From positions 155,250,001 to 155,314,000 of the forward strand of contig NC_058368.1 in the NCBI RefSeq assembly GCF_018350175.1: 64,000 bases of DNA, in the 5' to 3' direction. Source of the DNA: Felis catus. Its lineage: Eukaryota. Every line of letters begins with the position of its first letter. Position 1 is the stretch's first letter. The notes beneath the pieces were generated by a model. The model was given only the letters and a program-made list of their open reading frames with translations, did not search any database and was not told where the DNA came from. Of the stretch, positions 1 through 12,660 are shown in pieces. The translations under genes and the position numbers were made by a program.

Positions 1-149
1 TGAGGGAACACAAACCCAGCGAGTGGAGCTCCTGAGTTCTGGTAGTGGCACACTGACTCTAAGTGGCCGTCAGAGCACCAGGCAGGATGGTCCAATAGAT
101 CTTCACATCCAACCACCAAGAGTGAGAGCTGAACTAGAATTGCTCATGT

Positions 150-390
150 GATGAGAATTCCTGGTCTGCATATTAACCACGATTATGGGTGAACAGACCC
201 AAGGACACAGATGTCATGAGAGGTGAAGAGGACCTAAAGCGGAAAAGAGATAGCATCATCATGTAAGGGCCATTGAGAGACGGGGAACTCAGAAATGAAG
301 CTGAGAAGCCACTGCCAGAAAGGCAGTGGAAAAGTCACAGAACATACAGTCCCAGAAGCCCAGGGAAGAGAGCTCAGAACAAAGATCTGT
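150..390 (-). mobile_element. Degraded LINE-2 fragment
   Basis: Purine-rich tract resembling antisense L2 (gaagctgagaag...cccagaagcccagggaagagag). Boundaries approximate. Confidence 0.4.
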
Positions 391-434
391 GAGACTGTTT
401 TGTGGGAACCATCACAAACATCCTTCTGTTCCAG

Positions 435-477
<43 letters not shown>

Positions 478-478
478 A
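435..478. repeat. (TAAA)11 microsatellite
   Basis: Perfect tetranucleotide run read directly. Confidence 0.97.
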
Positions 479-2167
479 TTCCTCATGCTCAGAATTTCAT
501 AGACTTAAAACATTCTATTATAGGAATTATATTGGCAGGGCAAGTCAAGAGAATGTTTGGCTCTAGGGAGATACTTCTGTCTCCTTAGTGTGTGATCCCT
601 GTAGCCTTTGTTGCCACTGACATTCATTAACTTAAAAAATCATTAATCAGTCCTAGACTTTCTATTTTCCTGGTCCCGTCTAATATCAACAACAGGAGAG
701 AAATGATCTGTTGCATATTTCAAATAGGTTGATCATAATGTTATCTATAGGAAACTAAAGAAAAAATATTGATGATGTTTCATATAGATTTTAGACTTTT
801 CCATTCTATTATCAATGTTATTGTAGCTGTTTCAGTCCCAAAGGATGACTGATTAGGTTTAGTTATACAAATCGAATCTTTGATGCCTTCAAATCTCTTT
901 TGAAATAGAAGTACTGTAGTAGCTGGGTAGGGAACAATCTGGTTGACAATTCTGCCATTAAGTTACTGAACATTAAGACATTTTGTTGAGGTGTATTCTA
1001 TACTAAAAATAGAAGTATCAAACTGCATCAATTATACACACCCGTTCTCAACTGCCATTGAATAACCCTGATGGCTGTTTCCTGGAGAAGAAAGAGAGAT
1101 GATAAATACCTCTTCTTTCCATTACTGGAAATACTTTTCATTATTTGAAAAGAGGAGTCAATGCTTGTATTTTGTAAATTACAGAGCATAAAAATCATCT
1201 TAGGTAAAGTTTGTTGAGAGAGTTCAGTATAAACTTATTAATTTGTCAAAATATGTTGAGAACTTGGAAACAGGTTGTGAGAGAAGCATTTTCAATAGTT
1301 TACGGCGATTTGCTGGGCATCCCAAGCAGTCCTACGAGAGTTAGGGTAGAATGTAGGAAAACAGGAAAGCTGGAAGGCGAGAAGATGTGACTGGCCTCTC
1401 TTCTCTTTCTTCTTCTTTCGTTTACATCCTAGTTCATTTTTTCCCAGTTCCAGGTATGTATTTTGGGTGACTCACATGCATCCTTTTGAATAATATATAA
1501 TTTGTTGTGATGAACAGGAAATTTAATTCTAAACAGCAAAGTGAAGAATAGCTGAGACAGACTGGATGCTGCAACCCAGAGAAATGACAGGTTTTCTATG
1601 AAACAGGCAAATTGCATGTAATAAGGGAGAAATTCTGTAGGAAAATGCAGTATTATTTGGTCATGCTAGAAGGACCAATTGTGTTTGCTATAAATTTAAA
1701 TCTCTTAGCTGAGTTTTTAATTTGTGAAGCTTTCTGTAATAAAACCACAACGTGTTTTTCCTTTAGTCCTCCACTTCCTGCTCTCCCTTCATTCTGACTT
1801 TTCTCTTTCAAACTTATGCCTTCTTTTAGCCCTAATCTTCCTGTGACAGCAGCTTGTAAATTTCAAGCTCTTTCCATTCACATTTGCCACCCACCCTGCC
1901 ATCAACACCTCACTCACTGATCCTTGGGTTTCCAGATCTGACCTGGCATAACCTTGAGGCAGGCTTCCATGATTGACAGCAGTTGCATTTATAGTATTCT
2001 TTCTCGGAGACAGGAAAAGACCAGAAGATTTGCAGTGGCAACTGCCAAGGAATTTTATGTAAAGGATTGTGGGTTATAGGAGCTTTTCTGACTTGTACAG
2101 AAACCAAAATTCAGGTCATTCCTAATACAGATAAGCCACACCGCATTCTGTGACCTTTCTGAGTTTG

Positions 2168-2169
2168 TT

Positions 2170-2199
<30 letters not shown>
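2168..2199. repeat. (TTTA)n microsatellite
   Basis: ttttatttatttat... run read directly. Confidence 0.9.
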
Positions 2200-2200
<1 letters not shown>

Positions 2201-3623
2201 GGTTTTGTTTGGTTTGGTTTTGTTGTTTTCCTGCCCCTTCCAATCTGACTGGTATTGTCTGGTGTGGTGAGTGGTAAGAAAACGGTTGTGGAGGTAGGGG
2301 CAGTCTTAATTCCATTCTCTGACTTCTCCCCTCCACCCAAACTTGCTGTTGCCCCTTCTGCCCTTCTCCTCTCCATCTTTCCCAATCCTTCTTCTGTCCT
2401 AGTTTCCTTTTACCATCTCTGTCCAATACTGAAAGGCAGGGAGTAAGCTCAGAACAAGAAGATGTGATTAGACTGAGTGGCGACACTATTCCGGGTCCTG
2501 TACACACAAACATATACACACCTTAACTTGCAAAGCTTAAATCACAGTTTCATGGAGGAAAAAAAAAAAAAAAGTTACCTCTTTGTGGCATTTCAACCAG
2601 AACAAAAGTCACTGAAATACAACCTTTTCAAACTCAATTTGTTATCATTAACATTACCAGCCATATCAGTAATGTTGAAATATGACTAAACATTACAATG
2701 GATCCCAAGTGTTTTCAAATACCCTGCTGACAGAATACTGCCGGCCCTGTTGGTATTGCAAAGGACAGAGCCTACATCTGGGTAGATACAAATATTTTAG
2801 GTTATTCTTTTTGAAAATAAACATTTGACCAACAGCTCCAATTCTGATTGTGTATATGCCTTAAACTCTCTAATGCTGACATAAATTTTTAGACTGCTAT
2901 TCGACTAGACTCCCAGAGTTCCTTTTTCTTCTTTTTTTTTTTCTCCCCCTTTGGGTTACAAGGGCTCTTTTCGAGTCTACAAAAGATGTCCTTGTCTGTA
3001 TAAAATCAGGAATACCAAGGGTCTTTCATCCTTCGACTGAAAGAATGGCTCCTGTTCAGTGATTAATGGAACTCTGAATTAGGAACTAGGGTCTCCAAGG
3101 GGTGCTGTTTTGTATTAACAAGGAAAAACGCGAAAGTGGAAGGTAAAACTGTATTTTCTCAGCACCGAAATGTATTTCCCCTTTGTCCCTATTATAATCA
3201 AGAAAAAGATAATTATTTCATTTTTGCATATGTTTTAAGATTTTGCCCTTAACTTGTAAATGCTGTCCTTCAGGTAATCGTCATTTCACTTACCAAGTAA
3301 ACAAGAAAAAGAAAACAGAGACACCTGTCAGGCAAGAGGACAAATATTATGGGAGGGGTGTGCAAAATTGAGAACTCTTACTTAAGGCATTTTTCACAAT
3401 ACTCTTCTGGCTTAAATCACTCTTGCTACTCCTGGACAATAGTTCCTTGAAAACCAGGATAGTTTGGATTCCTAAGCTGGGTATACTGTTTACTCTGAAC
3501 CTTTTATATTTGCATTTCTAAATTTCACCTCTCATCACAAAACCACTAGGGCATGACATTCTATTATTCTATTTCTGGAATAGTGAACAAGTATTCCATT
3601 TCTGATTAAGTCACATGATTTTA

Positions 3624-4086
3624 TTTTTTTTTTATTTTTTAGTGTTTATTTATTTTTGAAAGGGAGAGAGACAGAGCATAAGTGAGGGAGGGGCAGAGAG
3701 AGAGAGACACAGAATCGTAAGCAGGCTCAAGGCTCTGAGGTGTCAGCACAGAGACTGATGAGGGGCTCAAACTCAAGAACCATGAGATCACAGGGGCGCC
3801 TGGGTGGCGCAGTCGGTTAGGCGTCTGACTTCAGCCAGGTCACGATCTCGCGATCCGTGAGTTCGAGCCCCGCGTCAGACTCTGGGCTGATGGCTCAGAG
3901 CCTGGAGCCTGTTTCCGATTCTGTGTCTCCCTCTCTCTCTGCCCCTCCCCCGTTCATGCTCTGTCTCTCTCTGTCCCAAAAATAAATAAAAACGTTGAAA
4001 AAAATTAAAAAAAAAAAAAAAGAACCATGAGATCATGACCCAAGCTAAAGTCAGAGGCTTAACCGACTGAGCCACCCAGGTGCCCC
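3624..4086 (-). mobile_element. Older Can-SINE interrupted by a younger SINE
   Basis: T-rich tail, (GA)n, body and ...gccacccaggtgcccc head on the minus strand. TSD tcac(a/c)tgatttta at 3611-3623 and 4091-4103. Confidence 0.92.
3793..4019 (+). mobile_element. Young felid SINE (SINEC_Fc type), nested
   Basis: ggggcgcctgggtggcgcagtcgg head, B-box gttcgagcc, (CT)n, AATAAA and poly(A). TSD aagaaccatgagatca at 3775-3790 and 4020-4035. Confidence 0.97.
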
Positions 4087-4490
4087 TGGATCACCTGATT
4101 TTAACCGAAGTCTTTTGGGAGGGGTGTAAAATCAACTCACTTGATTTCAAAATTCTGTCCCATTTTCTTTTTTCCTTTTCAGCATCAGATTAGAATCCTC
4201 CATTTTGTCCCTCTCATTGGCAAAGCACAAATGTGGCAGGGGACTGTGTGGTTGCCGGGGTGACCCCAAGGACCAGTACAGCACATATGATTCTACAAAT
4301 GGAAGTTCCTCAGTCAGACCCAATGGCAGGAAAGAAAATTTGCAAACTTGCCCAGGGCCAAGATGGTGTAAAGTTACAAATAAATGTTCAGAATTAACCA
4401 CCTCCTGTTACTCCTAAGGTACAAAAATAACTCCATGAAAAGAATTTTTATTTTTCTATAATCTTGTTTAGTAATTTTTCTCTTTTCCTT

Positions 4491-4493
<3 letters not shown>

Positions 4494-4526
<33 letters not shown>
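4494..4526. repeat. (CA)n microsatellite
   Basis: Read directly. Confidence 0.97.
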
Positions 4527-4527
<1 letters not shown>

Positions 4528-6016
4528 TTATAGTTATAGGAGAAAGAACATTCTTTGCTTTGAGGGGCATTCATAACAGATTTGATTAATATATGCAGTA
4601 GACTATGTACATGCTTAATTGCAAGAGGGTTCAAAAGTTTCCATTTTTAATTATCAAAGGATGAGAATCAGCAACAAGTTAGCCTGAAGCTCTAGAGTTG
4701 TCCCTTCACATCAGTGGGCCCAAGACTGACTTGCAGGATCTTCTGTTAATATTTTGACTCTATGACTTTAAGTTTCTACGGATACCATATTTTTTAAGCT
4801 GCCGTCAGGACAGTCACTGGCTGGAAACACAAGAGCGAAAGAGGGGAGATGATCACCTTACAGTGGGCAATCTGGTTCTCATGTTTCCTTTGAAGAACTA
4901 CATTCTGCTTTTGGCTTTTTCTGGAATTTTGTGCAGGTTTGTTCTGATTCTATACCTCCCTAAAGCAGAAGTTTAAAAAAAAAAGTATTTGTCAATTAGG
5001 GTATTTAGGTTTTTTTCACTTTATATATTTGACAAGTGGCGTTTCAACATAAACTAAATGACTCTTTCAATATCATTTAGATTAATTTCAGTGATACTTA
5101 GGTAAGTAATTCTTCTGCTTGAGAAAAACTTGACAACAGCCTAATCAAATCATTGCATATTTTCAAGATCAACAAAAGTTTACTGAACATGTCAAGATTT
5201 TACAAAACCTATATGTTCAATTGCTATCTGGAGTGGTAAGCATTTTTTTATTAAATATAAATTGATTATTAAACATTTTTTTCAAGGTGTTGAGAGTCAT
5301 TATTTCGTTTTTGACAGCTTTGCTTAAGATTAAAGAGATACTTCAATTTACCAAGTACTGTCAGGTGTAATAATTTGCTTGGTAAATACATATATGTCAA
5401 GGTCAACTTGATAATCTTCATTCACTATCACAACCATAAAAATTTATGAAGACAGTTGAGGGTGTTTAGAGAAAGATTACCGTCTGAAACTCCCCAGTCA
5501 TGATATCTGAATCCAAAAATAGTTTATTCCAAGACCCATAGCAACTTCAAGAAGTCCAGTGTTCTGGTGTGATATCAAGGATTTTCTCATTGACATTCTG
5601 TCACATTCTATTTGGAAAAAACTAAAACAAGAAAATAGCATTAAAAGTGGAATGAAAATAATTTGACAGATGTTTCTTGTTTCAGTTTGGACAGTTGGCA
5701 TTAGAGATAAACATTCATAATCTTTCTCTTCTTGTTTGACAAATCCTAAGATATGTTGCTTCACACACCAAATTCTGGTGCTTACGAATTTTCAGAAGTA
5801 TGACCAGATCTTTCCGTTCACCCTCAGAATACAAACACATTTGTCCATTCTGTCCACTTCAAAGGCAAAGTATTGATACATATCAGATTTACTGCCACAG
5901 GTTTATCCCCATTTAATCTCAGTCCCATCATTGTCTTCTCTGCAGTATACTTCCCCACCGACTGTACCATCTATCTACACCTAAGTAACTTGTTCAATAA
6001 AAACTACTACCACTTC

Positions 6017-6240
6017 GGGGTGCCTGGGTGGCGCAGTCGGTTAAGCGTCCGACTTCAGCCAGGTCACGATCTCGCGGTGCGTGAGTTCGAGCCCCGCGTC
6101 AGGCTCTGGGCTGATGGCTCAGAGCCTGGAGCCTGTTTCCGATTCTGTGTCTCCCTCTCTCTCTGCCCCTCCCCCGTTCATGTTCTGTCTCTCTCTGTCC
6201 CAAAAATAAATAAACGTTGAAAAAAAAATTAAAAAAAAAA
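6017..6240 (+). mobile_element. Young felid SINE (SINEC_Fc type)
   Basis: Full-length, CpGs retained. Perfect TSD aaactactaccacttc at 6001-6016 and 6241-6256. Confidence 0.97.
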
Positions 6241-7068
6241 AAACTACTACCACTTCCCCTCCAGGTGACTGGTTAGGGTGGAAACACGTTTAGTATGAAG
6301 TATTTAGTTTAGTGTGGAAATATCTCCCTAAAATGTCCAGATCCTGAAACCACCCACACCAATAGGATGAATGACTTACAATATAAGTGCCTGTCAAACT
6401 TCTCTTCCAGAATTACTCCAAGATTTCAATGTTATACTTATCTTTTAATAAATATCTGTATTTTAATAAATTGAAATTATCTTCGAGTTGCTAGGTTCAT
6501 TTGGTTGTATTCCTCATCCCAGTTGATCACACTTTAATGTTCCTTCTGAATATGTCTGATGTTTTTAAATCCATATCTAGACAGTAACCCCTGAAGAGCT
6601 TCTTTCTGATGCCACCTAACACCTTCCATGTTCATTAGGGCTACACAGTATAAAGGAAGAATGGACACAGGGCCGTACTTCCAGGGTTTAGCTATTTTCA
6701 GAATCAATGACAATTATATCTCAAAGGGTTTTCCAGGAGGAAGCACTAATAAATGAAAAATTAAGTCCTTGGAGAACATAAGAATGGTATGTACGTATTT
6801 ATCAACATAAAATATAATTATTTTGCATACATCTCAATCATCTGGCCTCTAAAATTCATTTTCAAAAATAATTATTAGTGATTCTATAAGAATAATGGCC
6901 ATTCTCTTAAGAATCCATTATTCAGACCTATTGATTTGGAATTCTTACAGTTTTTAAAAATTATTTCCTTATTCACCCATGGGAAGTGGCTATTCTTGTA
7001 ATGTCTCCTGTATTTCCTAGGTGACTAAAGTCTATTTTTTATTTTTCTTACTAGAGACACAATTTTTT

Positions 7069-7326
7069 TTTATGAAATTTATTGACAAATTGGTTTCCAT
7101 ACAACACCCAGTGCTCATCCCAAAAGGTGCCCTCCTCAATACCCATCACCCACCCTCTCCTCCCTCCCACCCCCCATCAACCCTCAGTTTGTTCTCAGTT
7201 TTTAACAGTCTCTTATACTTTGGCTCTCTCCCACTCTAACCTCTTTTTTTTTTTTTCCTTCCCCTCCCCCATGGGTTCCTGCTAAGTTTCTCAGGATCCA
7301 CATAAGAGTGAGACCATATGGTATCT
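7069..7326 (-). mobile_element. Young 5'-truncated L1 (3' UTR and end of ORF2)
   Basis: Feline-type L1 3' end, nearly identical to 46626-46895. TSD gagacacaatttttt at 7054-7068 and 7327-7341. Confidence 0.95.
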
Positions 7327-7629
7327 GAGACACAATTTTTTAAAGCAGTTGTTCTGTTTATTGTATCTCCTTCATTTATAAGTAGATTAACTTCTCTCTA
7401 CGGTATCTTTTTAAAATTGATACATTGACATCGTATGGATCTATCTTTTCTCTCTATCCTTGTTTCTGGAAGCCACTCTTACTTTTTCCATGCTTTTACC
7501 TTCAGGTCTTAGACATATATATATTTAAAATGTTATCCTTTACAATTCTAGTATACTTTTCCTTTGGACACAGGTACATAAGCTTTCTTTTATGAGAACA
7601 GACTGAATGCTTTGTTTTTATAGTATGAA

Positions 7630-7760
7630 AAGGGAGGCCCATAGATGGGCTTTAAGAGGTTCCAGAAGCCCTTTGAAACTTTACACAAAACCTGTACATG
7701 TTCATTTGCAGAAAGAAAAAAATCCACTTCAGAAATTCTCAGAGGATTTAGGGAGATGAA
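7630..7760. mobile_element. Ancient hAT-Charlie MITE remnant (Charlie4z-like)
   Basis: ccatagatgggctttaagaggttccagaagccctttgaaac...attctcagagg resembles the recalled Charlie4z consensus. Confidence 0.5.
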
Positions 7761-8601
7761 AGAATAATAAACTTCTGGTGTAGACAGTCCACAGTCCACA
7801 AGGACCCCATGTACACCAGCCCACACAGCTCCACCAGCCTTGACCACTCTGCTCTCTCCAGGTGGTGGCTACATTTCCCTCAACTAAGAACTGAGGAAAG
7901 ACTGACCCAGAAAGACACCCTCACTCATACACGTGTTGAGGCTTAACTGATTACTAGTTCCTAATATAGGAATATATAGGAATAATTGCTAGTATATCTA
8001 ATTTACCCAGCTCCTCAGGAATGTGGGCTTCTCATGAACAATGACCAGTCCCACTTCTGTAGCCAGGGCAAAGGGAGATCGTTTTTGGCATTCTAAATTA
8101 GAACTCAAGTGTTTTCTTATTCTAAAAATCACATAGAAAAAGTTATATGGAGTCGTTTTTATGCTGTGAGTGGCCTAAGAATCTACCCTTAGTTATTTCC
8201 AAGGAAAACACACCACTAGTTCCAACCTGATTTCCACTTAGGTCCTGCCTATGTAGGTCATTCCAAGAAAAAGCAAGGAAACATTTTATTTTGTTGCTTT
8301 TAGCTTTTCCTCTTAAAGATCATCATTCAGTTACTCCAGCTGTATAACTCTAAGCCAAATCTTACTTCTGCTTTCCAGACTCATATTCAACTCTACAGTC
8401 TTTCTCTGTCTGGATACTCCCAGGCTTCCCTGCTACCACTGCATGCCTGCCTAGCCCCATTCCACAATAATAAGCACTCTCTCACTCGCATTTGTTTCTA
8501 TCTATTGCATTGTATCTGGTCTGAACTGGAATTCTACAAATGTGTGCTAATGCAAACAAATACAACTGATTTTAAAAGTTTTTTTTTTAATTCGGCCATT
8601 C

Positions 8602-8804
8602 TTTATTATTTTTTTAAGTATATTTACTTATTTTGAGTGTGTGGGCTGGGGAGGGGCAGAGAGAGAGAAAGAGAGAATCCTAAGCAGGCTCTGCACTATT
8701 AGCAGAGAGCTGGATGCAGGGTTCAGTCCCATGAACCATGAGATCATGACCTGAGCTGAAATCAAGAGCCAGATGCTTAACTGACCGAGCCACCCAGGTG
8801 CCCC
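8602..8804 (-). mobile_element. Can-SINE (older)
   Basis: Antisense tail, (GA)n, body and gagccacccaggtgcccc head. Confidence 0.93.
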
Positions 8805-9215
8805 AGGTATTATTTTCAAATATGTAACCTGAATTGTTAATAAAGTAAGACATGCAAATACAGTCTTGGGGCACCCTGTTTGGTTTCTTATTCTGTTAAT
8901 GAATTTTAATATTTCTGAACACAATTTTTACTAAATCCATACATAATGAGAAAAAACTATGAATATGAGCATAAATCTCTTAGCTTGAGTCTACTTGATT
9001 TACTAGAATGTTAAAGGTGGACCATTTCTATTGTAGTTTCTGGTCTGGATCACAGATATTCCCGGTTTCCAGAGTGAAGTGTTCAACTACTTTTACATGT
9101 AAGCAGTATGCATTTTGACATGCAAAAAAAAAGAGATCATTGGCTAAAGCCATTTTGTGACATTTAGCCCATCCATTGAGGGTATAATAAGTTTGAGATT
9201 TAAGAGGCCACTAAA

Positions 9216-9428
9216 GGAGCACCTGGGTGGCTCGGTTGGTTAAATGTCTGACTCTTGATTCAGCTCAGGTCATGATCTCATGGTTGGGAGATTGAGCCCC
9301 AAATACACTCTGACAATGCACAACCTGCTTGGGATTCTCTCTCCCTCTCTCTCTCTTTCTCTCTCCCTCTGCCCCTCCCCCACTCTCTCTAAAACAAACA
9401 AAAATAATGATAATAACTCTTAAAAAAA
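9216..9428 (+). mobile_element. Can-SINE (older)
   Basis: ggagcacctgggtggctc head, (CT)n, A-rich tail. Degenerate TSD gagg(c/t)ca(c/t)taaag. Confidence 0.92.
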
Positions 9429-10692
9429 TGAGGTCATTAAAGAAAATGTCTTTGGAGAAACGTATTGGAAACCATGGTATTTCCTTCCCACTACCTTAGG
9501 GAAGAAGGAAAAAAGCTGCTTTCCTCTGACCTCAAGTCATGTGGGAGGAGATTGCTGTTTCTCCCCTGGAGACCCAATAAATTGGTCATCGTGTCACAAA
9601 GGAAAAAAAAACCCTACAAGGAAGAAATTGGCTGAAACGGCTGATGGCAGCCAAGAAAGAAAGCCTTATTGGAAGTAAATTGGGATAACAAACATGGGGG
9701 TAGAGCCAAGAATGTGTAAGAGTTTTGCACAAATCAGATGTTGGCCATGAATGAGAAAACCAGTCTGGAACCATTTTAAGTTTTGTCCAAGAGGACTGCT
9801 TAAAAAGGTGACCTGACTCTCCAAGGGATGAAAACGATCAACTACTACATGCCCTGAAACTGAGGGAAAAATTAAAAATAGGCAGCTGGAAGACAGAAGA
9901 CTTACTGTCTATGTCACAGGAAGTTTACCCAGGTATGGCTGATGGATGAATTACAAAGAGACCCATCAAAGTGCCCCTTCAAGAAAAAAATCAGCTTCAA
10001 ACAACCACTGAGACCAGACAGAGAACCCCAATATCAGGGATTTCCTGAAAATTCCCTCCCTTCCATCCCCCTCATAACCCTGGAGGTACAAGGCAACCAA
10101 ATGGTATGGGTAGGGAGAGAAGAAATGAAATAAAAGATAATAGAGTTGTTCTGCATACCTGGCTGCCACTGCAGACCTTCAACCAGAACAGGTTCAAGCT
10201 GAGGGAGGGAAAAAGACTTAATTTCATATGAAGTATCAAGTTTTGCTATTACATGGACCTTGAAAAGAGAGTTAGTTTTATGACTAAAGGGACTAGAAGG
10301 CTTTTGATTTTCTGGGAGGAAATGGGAAAGTCATGGATCTAACACACATTTCACCCCAAGAGCAGAGAAGATCTACCCAGAGCAAGTTTGGCTGAGCAAA
10401 GGGAGAGGGGAGCACTTTTCAGTTTCACCATACGTCCTATGAACTACTGCTATTTCCACAAATACTACCTTTATAATCCAAAAGTACTCTTTGAAGTTGA
10501 AAATGGATATATCAGTAATTTGGTAATGTCAAGATGCTTGAAATGTCGCCCCTGGAAAGTGGTGTTTCATTCTCATGACCCAAGGTTGAACTTCTAAACT
10601 CTCCATTTTGCAGTTACAGAGGTAATTGGTGATAAGATCTTCATATTCGTCCCCCAGAAAATAATTTCTTGACTTTAAAAAGTATTTTTGCA

Positions 10693-10883
10693 GGGTGCCT
10701 GGTTGGTTCTGTTGGTTGAACATCTGACTCTGGATTTCAGCTCAGGTCATGATCCCAGGGTCATGGGATTGAGCCCTGTGTCAAGCTCCATGCTAAGCAT
10801 AGAGCCCGCTCAAGATTCTTTCTCTCTCTCTCTCCCTGGCCCACTTCCTTACTTGCACTCTCTCTCACTCTAAAATAACAGAA
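10693..10883 (+). mobile_element. Can-SINE (older)
   Basis: TSD aaaaagtatttttgca at 10677-10692 and 10884-10899. Confidence 0.93.
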
Positions 10884-12339
10884 AAAAAGTATTTTTGCAA
10901 CAATATAAATAAATACCCCATAAAAAACTTTTGCACTAAAACATTTTAACATTGACTATTATTGAAAAGGTCTCATTTGCATTTATTTATTATTTAATAG
11001 ACTGCATTCACTTTGCCAGTGAGCACAGGAACAAAACGATATTCTAAATTATTTTCCATAAGCAAATCTCTAATTCAGTTTGATAAAAGAGATTCTCAAC
11101 ATGTTATAGATGAACGATTAGGAAGCTTTTTACGTGATAATGATTGTTGGTCTAGAAATCATTATTATCTAACACATGCTGAAACTGTAAAGAACCCCAT
11201 CATTCAAAAATGGCATGTAAGAAGGCTACTTTGCTCATACCATAACTAAACTTAGTCTCACCATCCACCTGGTTGATCATATCCTCTTAAAGCTGACAGC
11301 CAGATATAAAATATGAGAAAAATTCCAAAATCATCCTAAAATGAATAAGGTGAATACAGAGGGTCTTTCCTTTTACAACAGTATTTCGACATAACGCTCC
11401 TGGCATCAAACAGGTCGACATGACAGAAACCAGGTAGACAAAAAAGAAGAATATCTTGATTTGGTCAGTTGGTAGATTGCCTTTCTAATCATTCTACACT
11501 AATCATTTGCTATTCCTGAGTTTCCTATACTCTGACACCTCTGTGTGTTGGTCTTGATGGGGACTTTGTTTTTGTTGATCTATGGGCCTGCACAAGTTCT
11601 TCCATTTCTTTAAGGCTGAGAAGATTTAAACTTCTACAGACAAGATGGAGAATATATGCCTAGTTAAGAAACCAATCATCAGAAATGAGTGGAAAACGGG
11701 TTAGGTGGGACTAGGCCTGCACAGTTGTCACTAAGTCCATGGGGAGGGACAGGACTGTCCCAATTGCTGTTTGCCTTCTCATTTGGCTACTCTTCTTAGG
11801 CTCCTGCCACAGGTCAGCCTCTTGGCCAGTGTTGCTCAAAGACCTTACTTCAGTACAACCATCTGCCAGCTCCGTTCCTTCCAGGTTTATGCCAATACAA
11901 TGCCACTCAGAAACTTTGGCCTTACTCTGAAATTTCCCTTGCTCCCAGTGAAACATCTAAAGGCTTCTTAACTTTGACATGATTTGGGTTCTTCCTTTAG
12001 GCTCTGTAACCAGCTCTTCTACAGGAACAATCTGCCCTCCATTTTTACATTTACTCCTAACCCTCATGGGTTGGAAAATCAGACTGATGTGTATCCGTAA
12101 ATTCGTCACTTGCACAAACATGCATCCACACACTCTTTTAACAGGTGTACTAATAACAAAAATGAACTTAAGCACCATCCCAAATCCTGCCTTCTCCCTC
12201 CAACCACCGTCCTCCAGCCCTGGCCTCTGCTCACTCTCTTGCTTTCTGCTGGGAGCTCCCTTAGCAAAGCTATAGGTCCTCCTGTGATGTAAAAAGCCAG
12301 CAGAAGCTCCACACACATCACCAATTGACGAGGAGGAAG

Positions 12340-12660
12340 CCCAGCTTTCCAAGCAGTCCCAGAAGTCACAGGAGCTCATTCCTTTAATTTAGACCAATAA
12401 GATACAGGAGGTGGCAAAGAGCTGTCAGAGGAAACTCCCTATCTCTGCAGTCAACCCTTCCATACAACCCCTTTGGAGACATTCTGCATGACCTAACAAC
12501 CATAATTGTTCCTTTGTGGCGGTTCCACAACGTACCACATTGGACTTACTCTTTTTCCTCTCTGCCTACCTTATATTCGCCCCTCACTGTTGCTTCCCTG
12601 AGATTTCACCTTCCAATAAACTATTCGCATTTATCTTTTGTGTTCTCAGATATCTCTGTA
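12340..12660 (+). mobile_element. Ancient ERVL-class LTR remnant (LTR16/LTR33-like)
   Basis: ctcactgttgcttccctgagatttcaccttccaataaacta... resembles the 3' end of LTR16-type LTRs. Confidence 0.45.

Noticed and set aside
5346..5387. 10-bp inverted repeat atttaccaag/cttggtaaat
   Set aside because: A stem this short with a 22-nt spacer is within chance expectation for AT-rich DNA of this length.
6017..6100. tRNA-like A/B boxes in SINE heads as tRNA genes
   Set aside because: Can-SINEs are tRNA-derived. Each head continues into the SINE body, (CT)n and poly(A), with a TSD.
5873..6220. 115-aa ORF and similar ORFs at 3875, 21465, 25207, 34976, 51165 and 60641
   Set aside because: They read through Can-SINE sequence (HDLAVREFEPRVRLWADGSEPGAC-type peptides) and are not genes.
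9480..10420. Possible ancient LTR (Gypsy/ERV-like) remnant
   Set aside because: The resemblance is vague, with no termini or TSD identified. It needs a Dfam search.
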